From contig CAVOKF010000004.1 of assembly GCA_963696385.1 (NCBI GenBank), forward strand, positions 1,024,001 to 1,088,000: a DNA stretch of 64,000 bases, given 5' to 3'. How positions within the stretch are numbered: the stretch's first letter is position 1; every line of letters begins with the position of its first letter. The translations under genes were made by a program, and so were the position numbers. This stretch comes from an uncultured delta proteobacterium. Its GTDB lineage: Bacteria > Myxococcota_A > Polyangia > Polyangiales > Polyangiaceae. This document shows, one piece after another, positions 54,809 through 64,000 of this stretch. Below the pieces are notes generated by a model. It made no database searches. It worked only from the letters and a program-made list of their open reading frames with translations, and was not told the DNA's origin.

Positions 54809-55795
54809 GTGATCCCTCTTGCTCTGCCCCGGCCGTGGCTCGACGCTCCCGCAGCCGTGCACTTGACGGGCGACCGGCTGCTTCGCATCGAAGGAAGTGG
54901 CAGTCGGCGCTGGCTCAACGCGATGCTGACCGCGGACCTTCGCACGGCGGCTCCCGGCGTCGCACGCTACGCCCTGTTGCTCTGCGCAACCGGCGGGATT
55001 GTCAGCGACGCCTGGGTCGTCGAGCACGCTGTCGGGGAGCCCGAACGACTGACGCTCGTCCTGCCCGAAGCGTGCGCGGAGCGCGCCGCGAGGGAGCTGA
55101 CGAGATTCGTGGTCAATGAGGAGATTGCCCTGACTTTCGACGACGACGTCCGCGTCGTCTCCCTGCAAGGCCCCCGCGGCCGCGACCTGCTCGACATCGA
55201 CGGTCCGGTGGCCGTTGCAAACGCCTACCCTTGCGCCCGGCTGGGTCCGCAGGGACTCGACGTGTGGGTTCGAGCGCCGCAGGTCGACCTCGCGATGGCA
55301 CTCCTGTCGGCGAGCGCGTCCCGGCTCGGCGGCGGGGCGATGAACGCCATCGAATGGTGCTCGGCTCGAGTCGCACTCGGGGTTCCGCAGGCCGGAACCG
55401 ACTTCAACGAGACCACGTCCCCGCACGAGGCGGGGATCGAGGCGCGCGCCATCTCGTTCACCAAGGGCTGCTATTTGGGCCAGCAAACCGTGGCCAGGCA
55501 ACATCGCCGTGGTGGGCTCACGCAACGGCTCGTCCAGCTGGACGTCGAAGGCCCCCAGGGGGTCGAAAAAGGCTCGGGGGTGCGTGGCCCAAGTGGCGAA
55601 GAGGTGGGCCGCGTCACGTCGGTGGCCTCGGCGAGCGACGAGGGCAGCAGCGCTTTGGCGCTCGTCTACCTGACTGCGCCCTTCGCACAGGTCGGCGCTC
55701 GCGTGATGGTGGGTGAACGGCAAGCTCAGGTCCGAAGCATCGTGGGCCGGCTCGGGACTGCCGCGCCACCACACCACGCGACGGCAGGATGGTGA
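54809..55795 (+). CDS. ygfZ: folate-binding Fe-S repair protein YgfZ
   Basis: signature ISFTKGCYLGQ; start uncertain. Confidence 0.85.
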   Translation: MIPLALPRPWLDAPAAVHLTGDRLLRIEGSGSRRWLNAMLTADLRTAAPGVARYALLLCATGGIVSDAWVVEHAVGEPERLTLVLPEACAERAARELTRFVVNEEIALTFDDDVRVVSLQGPRGRDLLDIDGPVAVANAYPCARLGPQGLDVWVRAPQVDLAMALLSASASRLGGGAMNAIEWCSARVALGVPQAGTDFNETTSPHEAGIEARAISFTKGCYLGQQTVARQHRRGGLTQRLVQLDVEGPQGVEKGSGVRGPSGEEVGRVTSVASASDEGSSALALVYLTAPFAQVGARVMVGERQAQVRSIVGRLGTAAPPHHATAGW

Positions 55796-55985
55796 TCTGC
55801 CGCTTTGCGTCCGGCTTCTCCGGAGCCCGAGCCCTCCATCGCATCTTCGTCGCTTGCTGCCATGGGCAACGATATGGCGACAAGTGCTTTCCGGGCACTC
55901 AGGCCGTCCATCATGGGATTACGTTGCGTCGACGACGAGAGTTCGCGCCGCGAATACTTGGGGCGCGGAAACGTTTCGGCAACAC

Positions 55986-55999
55986 TTGATTAACATCAA
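55986..55999. promoter_or_regulatory. FNR/FixK box upstream of nifA
   Basis: perfect TTGAT-taac-ATCAA. Confidence 0.8.
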
Positions 56000-56129
56000 A
56001 GGTAGTCTTCGCACGCTTTTCAGTTATGGGCCGATTTTTACTCGGCGGACGATTGCGAGGCGGCCCAGCGGGTGTAACGTGATTGGGTGACACGGAAACG
56101 GCAACCGTGGAACTGAGCGCAGCCGATTG

Positions 56130-57923
56130 ATGCGATCCTCGACCCTTTCGCCCGTTCCTTCCTATTCGGATGGCGAAGCCGTGCCGGATTCCGATGAGCG
56201 AGCTGAGCCCGGCTCTGCGAACTCGGAGATCGCGCTCTACGGTGTCTATGAGATCTCCAAAGTGCTCAACGAGCCAGGACGCCTGGAGGTCACACTCGGA
56301 AAGGTGGTCCATCTGCTGTCGAGCTTTCTCGACATGCGACATGGCTTGATCGCTCTTCTCGGGGAGCGCGGCGATCCGGAGATTGTCGTGGGAAGCGGAT
56401 GGAGCGAGGCCACGGCAAAGCGGTATTTCGATCGCCTGCCCGAGCGCGCCATCGGACAGATTGTCGTCACGCAGATGCCTCTCGTCGTCCCCAACATGAG
56501 GGACGAGGCGCTCTTCGAAGGGTGGGACTTCTCGGGCGACCGGGATGTGGCCGGCGACATTGCGTTCATCGGGGTCCCCATCAAGGACCGGGGAGAGGTG
56601 GTGGGGACGCTCACGATCGATCGAGAACTGGGGCCGCAGCGAGCCGTCCCGCTCGATGACGATGTGCGTTTCCTCGCGATGGTCGCGAACCTCGTCGGGC
56701 AGACGGTTCGCCTCCAGCGTATGATTGCTCGCGATCGCGAACGGCTCATGGTCGAGCGAGCGCGTCTCGAGAAGAGCGTCGAGCGGAAGACGTCGCCGGA
56801 CGAGAGCCACGCGCTCGGCGACATTTTCGGTGGGAGCAAGGCTCTCCATGCCGTCGTCGAGAAGGTGCGCATCGTTGCCCGGAGCAACTCGACGGTTCTT
56901 TTGCGAGGCGAGTCCGGCACGGGCAAGGAACTCTTCGCTCGCGCCGTCCACGATCTGTCGCCACGCCGCGATCGGGCGTTCGTGTCGGTCAACTGCGCCG
57001 CGTTGCCTGAGGCCGTGCTCGAGTCCGAGCTTTTCGGGCACGAGAAGGGAGCGTTTACGGGGGCGGCTTCGCAGCGCAAGGGGCGCTTCGAACTCGCCGA
57101 CGGCGGCACGTTGTTTTTGGACGAGATCGGAGAGATCTCACCTGCTTTTCAGGCCAAACTCCTTCGGGTGCTCCAAGAGGGGGAATTCGAGCGCGTCGGA
57201 GGGACGACGACGCTGAAAGTCAACGTGCGCCTCGTCGCGGCCACCAATCGCAATCTCGAGGAAGCGGTAAGTCAGCGCGAGTTTCGCGCCGACCTCTACT
57301 ACCGGATCAGCGTCGTGCCCATCTTCCTGCCGCCGCTGAGGGACCGGCCCAGCGATATCCCGCCGCTCGCCGAAGAATTTCTTCGGCGGTTCAACGAGGA
57401 GCACGCCACGGGACTCACCCTCGGGGCCGGTGCGATTTCCGTGCTCACGTCGTGTTCGTTTCCCGGCAACGTGCGTGAGCTCGAGAACTGCGTGCGTCGC
57501 ACCGCAACGCTCGCGGCAGGAACCACCCTGGTCGCGGACGACTTCGCCTGCAAGCACGACGAGTGCTTGTCGGCCGTCCTGTGGAAAAAGCCGATGCAGC
57601 CGCCCGACGTCGGCTTTGTCCCGTTGCCGATTACTCGTGCGCGAAGCGTTGCGCACGGCAGCGTGTCCGCGCCGGCGGGCCCGGGCTGCCAACCATCCGC
57701 CTCACCTGAGGGTGAATCCGAATCCGTCACGATCTCGCTGTCAGGGTCGGATCGTCCGGCGCCGGTCGCCCAGGGGGCCAACAAGAGCGATCGAGATCGA
57801 CTCATCGAGGCCATGGAATCCGCAGGCTGGGTTCAAGCGAAGGCGGCGCGTCTTCTTGGAATCAGTCCGCGACAGATCGGCTATGCGCTGCGCAAGTACG
57901 ACATCGAAATCAAGAGGTTTTGA
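56130..57923 (+). CDS. nifA: nif-specific sigma54 activator NifA
   Basis: GAF domain, [16 protein letters not shown]11-C-X19-C-X4-[12 protein letters not shown]...RQIGYAL. Confidence 0.97.
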   Translation: MRSSTLSPVPSYSDGEAVPDSDERAEPGSANSEIALYGVYEISKVLNEPGRLEVTLGKVVHLLSSFLDMRHGLIALLGERGDPEIVVGSGWSEATAKRYFDRLPERAIGQIVVTQMPLVVPNMRDEALFEGWDFSGDRDVAGDIAFIGVPIKDRGEVVGTLTIDRELGPQRAVPLDDDVRFLAMVANLVGQTVRLQRMIARDRERLMVERARLEKSVERKTSPDESHALGDIFGGSKALHAVVEKVRIVARSNSTVLLRGESGTGKELFARAVHDLSPRRDRAFVSVNCAALPEAVLESELFGHEKGAFTGAASQRKGRFELADGGTLFLDEIGEISPAFQAKLLRVLQEGEFERVGGTTTLKVNVRLVAATNRNLEEAVSQREFRADLYYRISVVPIFLPPLRDRPSDIPPLAEEFLRRFNEEHATGLTLGAGAISVLTSCSFPGNVRELENCVRRTATLAAGTTLVADDFACKHDECLSAVLWKKPMQPPDVGFVPLPITRARSVAHGSVSAPAGPGCQPSASPEGESESVTISLSGSDRPAPVAQGANKSDRDRLIEAMESAGWVQAKAARLLGISPRQIGYALRKYDIEIKRF

Positions 57924-57967
57924 AAGCCACGCGCAGCGATGCCTACGCGTGTCTCGTCAGCAAGCCC

Positions 57968-58720
57968 TCAAGACTCGAGCGACGTCACGCGATACTCGAC
58001 CGCGTCGTCGAAAATGCGTGTTCCGCCGCCTTCGGCGACGATTTGCATGAGCCTCTCGGGATCTCGGACGACGACCCCGGCGAGGTAATTCACGCCGAAA
58101 TCCGACCATTCGGACATCCAAGGAACGCTCGGACCGAGAAGCACCACAGTGGCTTTTCGGCTGAGATCCAGCAGGCGCGGCATGGTTTTGTTCGCGATCG
58201 CGCTTGCCGTCACAAAGACCCAGTCCGCCTTCGGAAGTACGGTTTCAGCCGCCGTGTCCGGCAGCGTGCCGGGGGTCGCGCGCCGTTCGATGCAGATGTA
58301 CCGGAATCCCGCCCACAGCATATCGAGGCCTGGATAGCGCCCGATGACCACGACCTCGGCGCCGTCCAGTCGGGGAGCGAAGTGCGCGAACACGCGCAAG
58401 TGAGCGGGCGCTTGCGCGACGATGGCTTGCGACCGCGCCATGCAACGATTGTCCGGGTCGTTGACCACGGCATTGATCGCGGCGCAGCCGACGGCCGCTT
58501 CGCAGGGATCGAAGCTTCGAACCCAAGGAGCGACTTCGGCGACCGGGCGACCGGCGAGCGTTCCAGGGAATGCGAGGGTCCGCGGCGGATCGACGGGGCT
58601 AAAGCAGAGGCCCGATTCGCGTACTTCGGCCACGCTCCAGTTCAAGCCGAGGAGCACGCGTCGGAGCGGCTGGGTAGAGCGCGCTCGGTCGACGAGCAGG
58701 TCGTAAAGGTCCCAAGGCAC
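57968..58720 (-). CDS. DUF364 / Rossmann-like putative metal-chelation protein
   Basis: AAVGCAAINA, VVVIGRYP, VTASAIANKT, LLGPS.P. Confidence 0.75.
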   Translation of the reverse strand: MPWDLYDLLVDRARSTQPLRRVLLGLNWSVAEVRESGLCFSPVDPPRTLAFPGTLAGRPVAEVAPWVRSFDPCEAAVGCAAINAVVNDPDNRCMARSQAIVAQAPAHLRVFAHFAPRLDGAEVVVIGRYPGLDMLWAGFRYICIERRATPGTLPDTAAETVLPKADWVFVTASAIANKTMPRLLDLSRKATVVLLGPSVPWMSEWSDFGVNYLAGVVVRDPERLMQIVAEGGGTRIFDDAVEYRVTSLES

Positions 58721-58724
58721 CGAC

Positions 58725-59289
58725 TCAGCCCACTCGTGCGCTCACGCGGTCGCCCCCCCTCGCGATCTCGCCCCACCAGTTTTTGAGAACCCAGAGATGG
58801 GCGTCGAGCATCGTTGCCATTCCGTCGCGCAAGGATAGCCAGTTGTGGACCATCCCGCGAGGCACGGCGGTCAGGACCGGGCAGCCACTGAATGTGGCCC
58901 GTGCCAGCTCCCGTCTGAGCCCGTGTCCACGTCCTTCCTCTTTACCGAAGCGTGAGACGAAAATGAGAATCCGCGTCGGAGTCAATCGCGGCTCGAATTC
59001 GGCCGGCCGCGTGCCGGAGCGCAGTCGGGTTCAGCGCACAGTCCTCCGCCCCCCGTCCGAGGTCTCGACAAATCGAGAACGTCTCGCCCGTGGCGACGTC
59101 GCGCAACATCCTCGGCGCGTTGGGCCCGCATCCCGGGCTGCCCCGCGGAAGCTGAATGACTCCCCCCAATCGAACGCCTTCGGTCGCAAGGTCACGTGCG
59201 AATACGAGCAGGAGCTCGTCCACCGCGACGCCCACGTCGTAAACCACGGCGGCGAGCTTACGCGGGTCCATCGTCACTGCGTCGTCCAT
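58725..59289 (-). pseudogene. DUF2478 family protein, frameshifted near 58970
   Basis: DLGRGAEDCALNP in one frame; SRFGKEEGRGHGLR...PVLTAV in another. Confidence 0.7.
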
Positions 59290-59640
59290 CTCTCTCTCCG
59301 CTCCCCCGGTTCGTACAGTCACCGACACAACGACGGCCGCTCGGCGGTCTTGTCCGCCTCTGTGGCGTTCGCAAGCGCCGCGCCAGATCCCGGGCACCCG
59401 CTCGCCGGCTCGGCCTGGACACCGCACACCCGTGTGCGAGCTCACTCATTTCCCTCATCGCGGCTCACGGCCCATCGCGGCTCAACCCGCCGGGGTGCTT
59501 CTCTTAGGCCTCGCAGCCGGAGGCCGGGCTGCACGTGCGCCGGCCCTGCGGTCGAATGGAGGGTCGGAAATGTTACAAAAAGCCGTGTCGCAATTGTTGC
59601 TTTTGCGACCTGCGAGCGCAGGGAGCCGCGTTCGTTCGCG

Positions 59641-59695
59641 ACCTTAGAAGGCCTAAATCGTCCGTGCCTCTAGGAGCCACCTTACAAGGCCTAAA
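59641..59695. repeat. direct repeats ACCTTA(G/C)AAGGCCTAAA x2, 38 bp apart
   Basis: 59641-59657 and 59679-59695, 16/17 identical; degenerate AAGGCC copies near 59719 and 59854. Confidence 0.7.
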
Positions 59696-59892
59696 AGGAA
59701 ACCAGGTCATGTTCTACGTAAGGCCGATTTCGCGCGAGCTTGCCGCCCGCGCAACGGACAATTGAGCCGTTTCCTTCGGGACGGTGTCCGTGCCGAGTCT
59801 CGACGGATACCGCGGCCACGCATCCCCGAAAGTGTTTCTTTTTAGTTCCCATTAAGGCCTGACTGTTGCACACGGGTGCTACCACCTCACCG

Positions 59893-60837
59893 ATGAAGCG
59901 CGCTCGGCCCCCTCTGTCACCTCAGGACGTTCATCGCGGGGAGGCCCTGCTCACCACAACGGAGGTGGCGGGGCTTCTGCGCGTTCACCCGAAGCATATC
60001 TACCGACTGCTGCGCAGGGGCCTCCCGGGGCACCGCGTCGGCGGCGAATGGAGGTTCTTCTCCGAAGAGGTTCTGCGATGGTCGGGTGCCCCGCCCGCGC
60101 CGAGGCGGCCCGGGCGTCGTGCCGACCCCGTGCCACGAACGGAGGTGCTTCGTTCGGATCCCGCGCCGCTCGTTGCGGCCAACGGCGATCTCGTGGTGGA
60201 GTACCTCCTGTCGCGGCTGACGGCCACGGGTCTCCTTTTGTTCGGTCATGTGCAGGCCGATCGGAGTGAGGGGCTCGAGCTCTTGAAGCAAGGCAAGGTC
60301 CTTGCTGCCGGCTGTCATGGAAACGAGATCCCCGGCGAGCTCGCCAATCAGCGTTTGGCCTTCATCCATCTCGTCGATCGCCAAGTGGGCCTGGCTGTGC
60401 GTCGGGGCCTGCGCGTACGCAGTCTGCGCACCCTGGGACGCCTCAGGCTGGCGAGCCGCCCGCGAACAGCGGGCGTACGTGTCCGCTTCGACCACGAGCT
60501 CCGCCGGCTGGGTGTCGACCCGGATGCGGCGCACGCGGGCGCCGTCGTTTTGCCTTCGCATCGTGAGGTCGTGTGCGCTGTCGCCCGGGGCGAGGCCGAC
60601 GTCGGTCTCGCTTCGCTCGCGTGGAGCGGTCGCGTCGGGTTGGACTGCCTGCCGCTCTGCCGCGAGCCGTACGGCCTTCTCGTGCGCGCGAGCCTGCTTG
60701 GCGACCCTCGCGTGGTTCGACTTTGCGAGGTCGCGCAGGACTCCGTGTTTCGCCGCGAGGTCGGCACAACCCCCGGATACGACGCCCGATTAACGGGCAC
60801 CATTTCCTATCTGTCACCCACGAAGAGCCCATCATGA
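59893..60837 (+). CDS. excisionase-type HTH plus PBP-like domain regulator (oxyanion-sensing type)
   Basis: LLTTTEVAGLLRVHPKHIYRL...LPG.RVGGEWRF; RPRTAGVR; VARGEADVG. Confidence 0.82.
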   Translation: MKRARPPLSPQDVHRGEALLTTTEVAGLLRVHPKHIYRLLRRGLPGHRVGGEWRFFSEEVLRWSGAPPAPRRPGRRADPVPRTEVLRSDPAPLVAANGDLVVEYLLSRLTATGLLLFGHVQADRSEGLELLKQGKVLAAGCHGNEIPGELANQRLAFIHLVDRQVGLAVRRGLRVRSLRTLGRLRLASRPRTAGVRVRFDHELRRLGVDPDAAHAGAVVLPSHREVVCAVARGEADVGLASLAWSGRVGLDCLPLCREPYGLLVRASLLGDPRVVRLCEVAQDSVFRREVGTTPGYDARLTGTISYLSPTKSPS

Positions 60838-62486
60838 AGAATGCGACGACACGATCGGTGGTCCAAAGAGTGCGCGCGCGCGGCTTCGGCGTTCTCGTCG
60901 GCGCGCTCCTTGCCACGGCGGCCGTGTACGCGTGCTCGAGCAGCACCACGAGCCCGGCCGCCTCAACGGGCAACGACTCGGGTGCGGAGGCGGCGAGCGC
61001 GAGCGATAGCGGCGGCGCAGACGTCGGCAGTGACTCCACCACTCTGCCGGTGAACGATTCGGGCGCTTCGCTCGATAGCGAGTCGGGTTCGATCGCGCAG
61101 AGCGGCAGCGACAGCGCTGGCAGCGACAGCGCTAGCAGCAGCTCCAACTGCAATCAGGATGGTGGATCGCTGCCTTTGTGCAGCAGTTTGCCAGGCACCC
61201 TCGTGTACATCCAGTCGGCCGACACGCAGGAGACTGTGCTCGACATCGTGGGTCGCGAGCTCCGCGACAGCGCAAACATCACGCTCGCCTTCGAGCTCAC
61301 CGGGTCGTGCACCGTCGTGCCGGACCTTTACCAGGCGACCCCGTTCCCGACGAACACGAACCTGCTCTACATCCCTTCGACGGCGGAGTGCCCAACGTGG
61401 ACGAGCTCGGATCCCGAGCTCACGTGCGTGACGAGCGCGAGCGACACCACCCCGATCGACCTTGGCATTGCGGCGCTTTTTCCCGCCAGCTGCGACGACG
61501 GTCCGCCGCCGGCGGGTATCGGCACCTTCATCGGGCCCATCCAGGCGTACACGTTCGTCGTTCCGACGGCGGAGTTTCAAACCCAGACCGCCATCTCGGC
61601 CGAGGAGGCCTACTACGCATTCGGCGACGGCCTGAACAACCCGGTCACTTGGAATGGCAACGCCGAGTGGAACGTGCCATCGCAGTTCTACCTCCGCCCC
61701 TCCAGCAAAAGCACGTTGGTCTCTACCGCCCTCAACATCGGCCTCACGCCGACGCAGATGACGCTCGCGACCGCGGACGGCGGGACGTCGGACGGGCGGC
61801 AACTCTTGGCGAGCTCGACCGATGTCGTCACTGCGGTGGCGGCTGCAACGAGCCCCCAGGCCATCGGCATTCTGGGATCGGAGGTGTACGACGGCGACCG
61901 TGGCAAGGGAATCAACGTCCTGGCCTTCAGTGGCTTCGGGCAAACCAACCAGTATTTCCCCGACTCGACGACGACATCGTTCGACAAGCAGAACATCCGC
62001 AACGGAAACTACACCCTTTGGTCGCCCGCGGTCCTCATTGCCCCGGTCAGCGCCGACGCGGGAGTTCCGTCCAACCCGACCGTGAAGTACCTCACTGATG
62101 TCATTCTCGGGAACCCGGGCGCAACGCCGCCCGGCGGGTTCGTGGACGGCGGAGAGCCGATCGACGGGCTCGGAGCGACCGTGAGTGCCGGGCTCACGCC
62201 AGACTGCGCGATGCAAGTCCAAAGGTCCGCCGACGGGGCGCCTGTGACCTCGTACACCCCACCGGCGCCCTGCACGTGCTACTTCCTGAGCAAAGTTCCG
62301 AGCGCGGCGGCACTTCCGGCGAGCTGCGTGGCGTGCTCCGCCAGCACCCCCTGTGCGACCGGGAGCTGTTTCAACGGCTACTGCGAAGTCACGCCGCCCC
62401 CTGCCGTCACCGCGACGCAGATCACCAAGACGGGCCTGGTGTTCCCGACGACCGCCGACGGCGGCCTTGCGCCACTCAATCCCTAG
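60834..62486 (+). CDS. Cys-rich lipoprotein with a PstS-like binding domain
   Basis: lipobox AVYAC; Ser/Asp/Gly linker; R..SKST, AIGILG, NIRNGNYTLW. Confidence 0.6.
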   Translation: MKNATTRSVVQRVRARGFGVLVGALLATAAVYACSSSTTSPAASTGNDSGAEAASASDSGGADVGSDSTTLPVNDSGASLDSESGSIAQSGSDSAGSDSASSSSNCNQDGGSLPLCSSLPGTLVYIQSADTQETVLDIVGRELRDSANITLAFELTGSCTVVPDLYQATPFPTNTNLLYIPSTAECPTWTSSDPELTCVTSASDTTPIDLGIAALFPASCDDGPPPAGIGTFIGPIQAYTFVVPTAEFQTQTAISAEEAYYAFGDGLNNPVTWNGNAEWNVPSQFYLRPSSKSTLVSTALNIGLTPTQMTLATADGGTSDGRQLLASSTDVVTAVAAATSPQAIGILGSEVYDGDRGKGINVLAFSGFGQTNQYFPDSTTTSFDKQNIRNGNYTLWSPAVLIAPVSADAGVPSNPTVKYLTDVILGNPGATPPGGFVDGGEPIDGLGATVSAGLTPDCAMQVQRSADGAPVTSYTPPAPCTCYFLSKVPSAAALPASCVACSASTPCATGSCFNGYCEVTPPPAVTATQITKTGLVFPTTADGGLAPLNP

Positions 62487-62496
62487 AGCCCCGAAC

Positions 62497-63906
62497 GTGT
62501 TGGCTCCCCTCGTCGGCCAGCCTGTTCGGCGCTCTAGGATACCGCAACGCATCACCTTCGGCGCCCTGGCGGTGGCGACGCTCACCCCGAACGCCCGCGC
62601 CGAGGACACCCAGCAGGCTCCTGTGCCCTCGACGGCATCGCTTCCGCCGGGCGACCCGCTCCAAGCCGAGGTCGCACGGCAGGGGGCTGCCATCGACGAG
62701 CTGCGAGCGCTGCTCGACACGGAAAGACGCGAGGCCGACAACGCGGGCGTGCACGTTTCCGGTTTCGTCCAGGCCGATTGGGTCATTCACGACCAGGAAT
62801 CGCAGAACGAGATCAACGGCTCGGGCGAGCCTCTCAACGAGGACCGCTTCACGCTGCGTCGCGGGCACGTGCGCGTCGACGCCGAGAAAGGGCTGGTGCT
62901 CGGCTCCCTCGAAATCGACGCGAACACCACGAGCGGGCCCCAAGTCCGGCCCATCGACGCCGAAGTATCGCTTCGCTGGCCCGAAAAGCCCGACGGCCGC
63001 CTGCCGTCGCTCATGGCCACGATCGGCTTGATGCGCATCCCGTTCGGCTACGAGGTGCAGGAGCTCGATTGGGTGCGTCCGTTTCTCGAGCGGGCAACCA
63101 TGCTTCAAGCGCTCTTCCCGGGCGAGTTCGATCTTGGGATGCGCTTCAAGGTGAAATACCGTTTTGTCGATTGGGCGCTTGCCGTCATGAACGGCAACCC
63201 GATCGGCGACAAGGTATTTCCCGATCTCGACCCCGTTCAGGCGAAAGACATGGTCGGCCGCCTCGGTGTAGATTTCAAGATCGCGCCGGGGGTCCGCTTT
63301 CAGGCCGGCGTCTCCGCCGATACCGGGACTGGCTTCCATGCGGGGACGCCGGCCACGAAGAGCCAGCTGGTCTGGCAGGACCAGAACGGCGACGGGGTAG
63401 TCCAGCCGAACGAGATCACGGCCATCGGGGGAGCGCCCGCGACCCCCTCGCAGATGTTCCATCGATTCGCCCTTGGTGGAGACGCGCGTCTCGTCGTACG
63501 CCTCGCTGCGCTCGGTGACCTGTCGTTTCGCGGCGAGGCGCTCGACGCACTCAACCTCGATCGCGGGCTCGAGGTCGCCGATCCGATCGGCGCCGGTCAC
63601 AACTTGCGCGAGATGGGGTACGCCGGGGGCGTGACGCAGGAGATCACGCGATGGGCGATGATCGGTGTGCGCCATGATCTCTACAATCCGGACGCCGACG
63701 CGAGCGAAAATCGCGCAGCCAACCTCGTCCCGATCAACCGCTCGTACTCGACCCTCGCACTGATGGGAATGCTTCGTTACGGCGCGGGACAGCGTCTCCT
63801 GCTCGAATACGACATCATCCGGAACCCTCTTGGCATCGGAGCCAACGGCGTACCGACGACGCTCGCGGACAACGCCTTGACTCTACGAGGGCAGTTGGTG
63901 TTCTGA
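62497..63906 (+). CDS. outer-membrane porin-like protein (OprO/P-like)
   Basis: coiled-coil N-terminus, VSGFVQAD, RIPFGYE..., terminal aromatic LRGQLVF; start uncertain. Confidence 0.65.
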   Translation: MLAPLVGQPVRRSRIPQRITFGALAVATLTPNARAEDTQQAPVPSTASLPPGDPLQAEVARQGAAIDELRALLDTERREADNAGVHVSGFVQADWVIHDQESQNEINGSGEPLNEDRFTLRRGHVRVDAEKGLVLGSLEIDANTTSGPQVRPIDAEVSLRWPEKPDGRLPSLMATIGLMRIPFGYEVQELDWVRPFLERATMLQALFPGEFDLGMRFKVKYRFVDWALAVMNGNPIGDKVFPDLDPVQAKDMVGRLGVDFKIAPGVRFQAGVSADTGTGFHAGTPATKSQLVWQDQNGDGVVQPNEITAIGGAPATPSQMFHRFALGGDARLVVRLAALGDLSFRGEALDALNLDRGLEVADPIGAGHNLREMGYAGGVTQEITRWAMIGVRHDLYNPDADASENRAANLVPINRSYSTLALMGMLRYGAGQRLLLEYDIIRNPLGIGANGVPTTLADNALTLRGQLVF

Positions 63907-64000
63907 TGCAGGCTCCGGTCTTCGTTCTCGGATGCGCCCTGACGGCTTGGCTTGCCGCGGCGTGCTTGAGCGGCGTGCGAGCGGACACGGGCTCCGACGC
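63906..64000 (+). CDS. 5' end of a probable lipoprotein (runs off the window)
   Basis: MQAPVFVLGCALTAWLAAAC; TGATG coupling. Confidence 0.45.
   Translation, partial: MQAPVFVLGCALTAWLAAACLSGVRADTGSD

Overview
This is a high-GC bacterial window with three parts. (1) About 1-13.4 kb is an accessory region of toxin-antitoxin pairs, regulators, oxidoreductases and many gene fragments. It includes a 96-bp MITE-like element inserted in-frame in a hydrolase and a three-copy dispersed repeat at fragment junctions. (2) About 13.5-59.3 kb is a ~46-kb Mo-nitrogenase supercluster: nifHDKENX, nifB, V, S, Z, T, W, Q, A, a NifY-like gene, a second near-identical nifH, fixA and fixBCX, modABC/mop and ferredoxins. 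The nif/fix proteins look alphaproteobacterial, but they are interleaved with myxobacterial-looking ISC genes (iscS; iscU-iscA-hscB-hscA-fdx) and bfr/bfd, and no nifU is present. The cluster carries an apparent oxygen-protection block: truncated haemoglobin, an FeSII (Shethna II)-rubrerythrin fusion, a second rubrerythrin-like gene, dodecin, an FeSI-like ferredoxin and YgfZ. I read 12 sigma54 -24/-12 promoters and 11 NifA TGT-N10-ACA sites directly from the sequence, plus a perfect FNR/FixK box upstream of nifA. nifE has a 1-nt frameshift, which may be real or a sequencing error. (3) About 59.6-64 kb holds an HTH/PBP regulator, a Cys-rich binding lipoprotein and a porin-like gene of Polyangiaceae style. 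The host assignment (Myxococcota, Polyangiaceae-like) and all family assignments come from motif recognition by eye; no searches were run.
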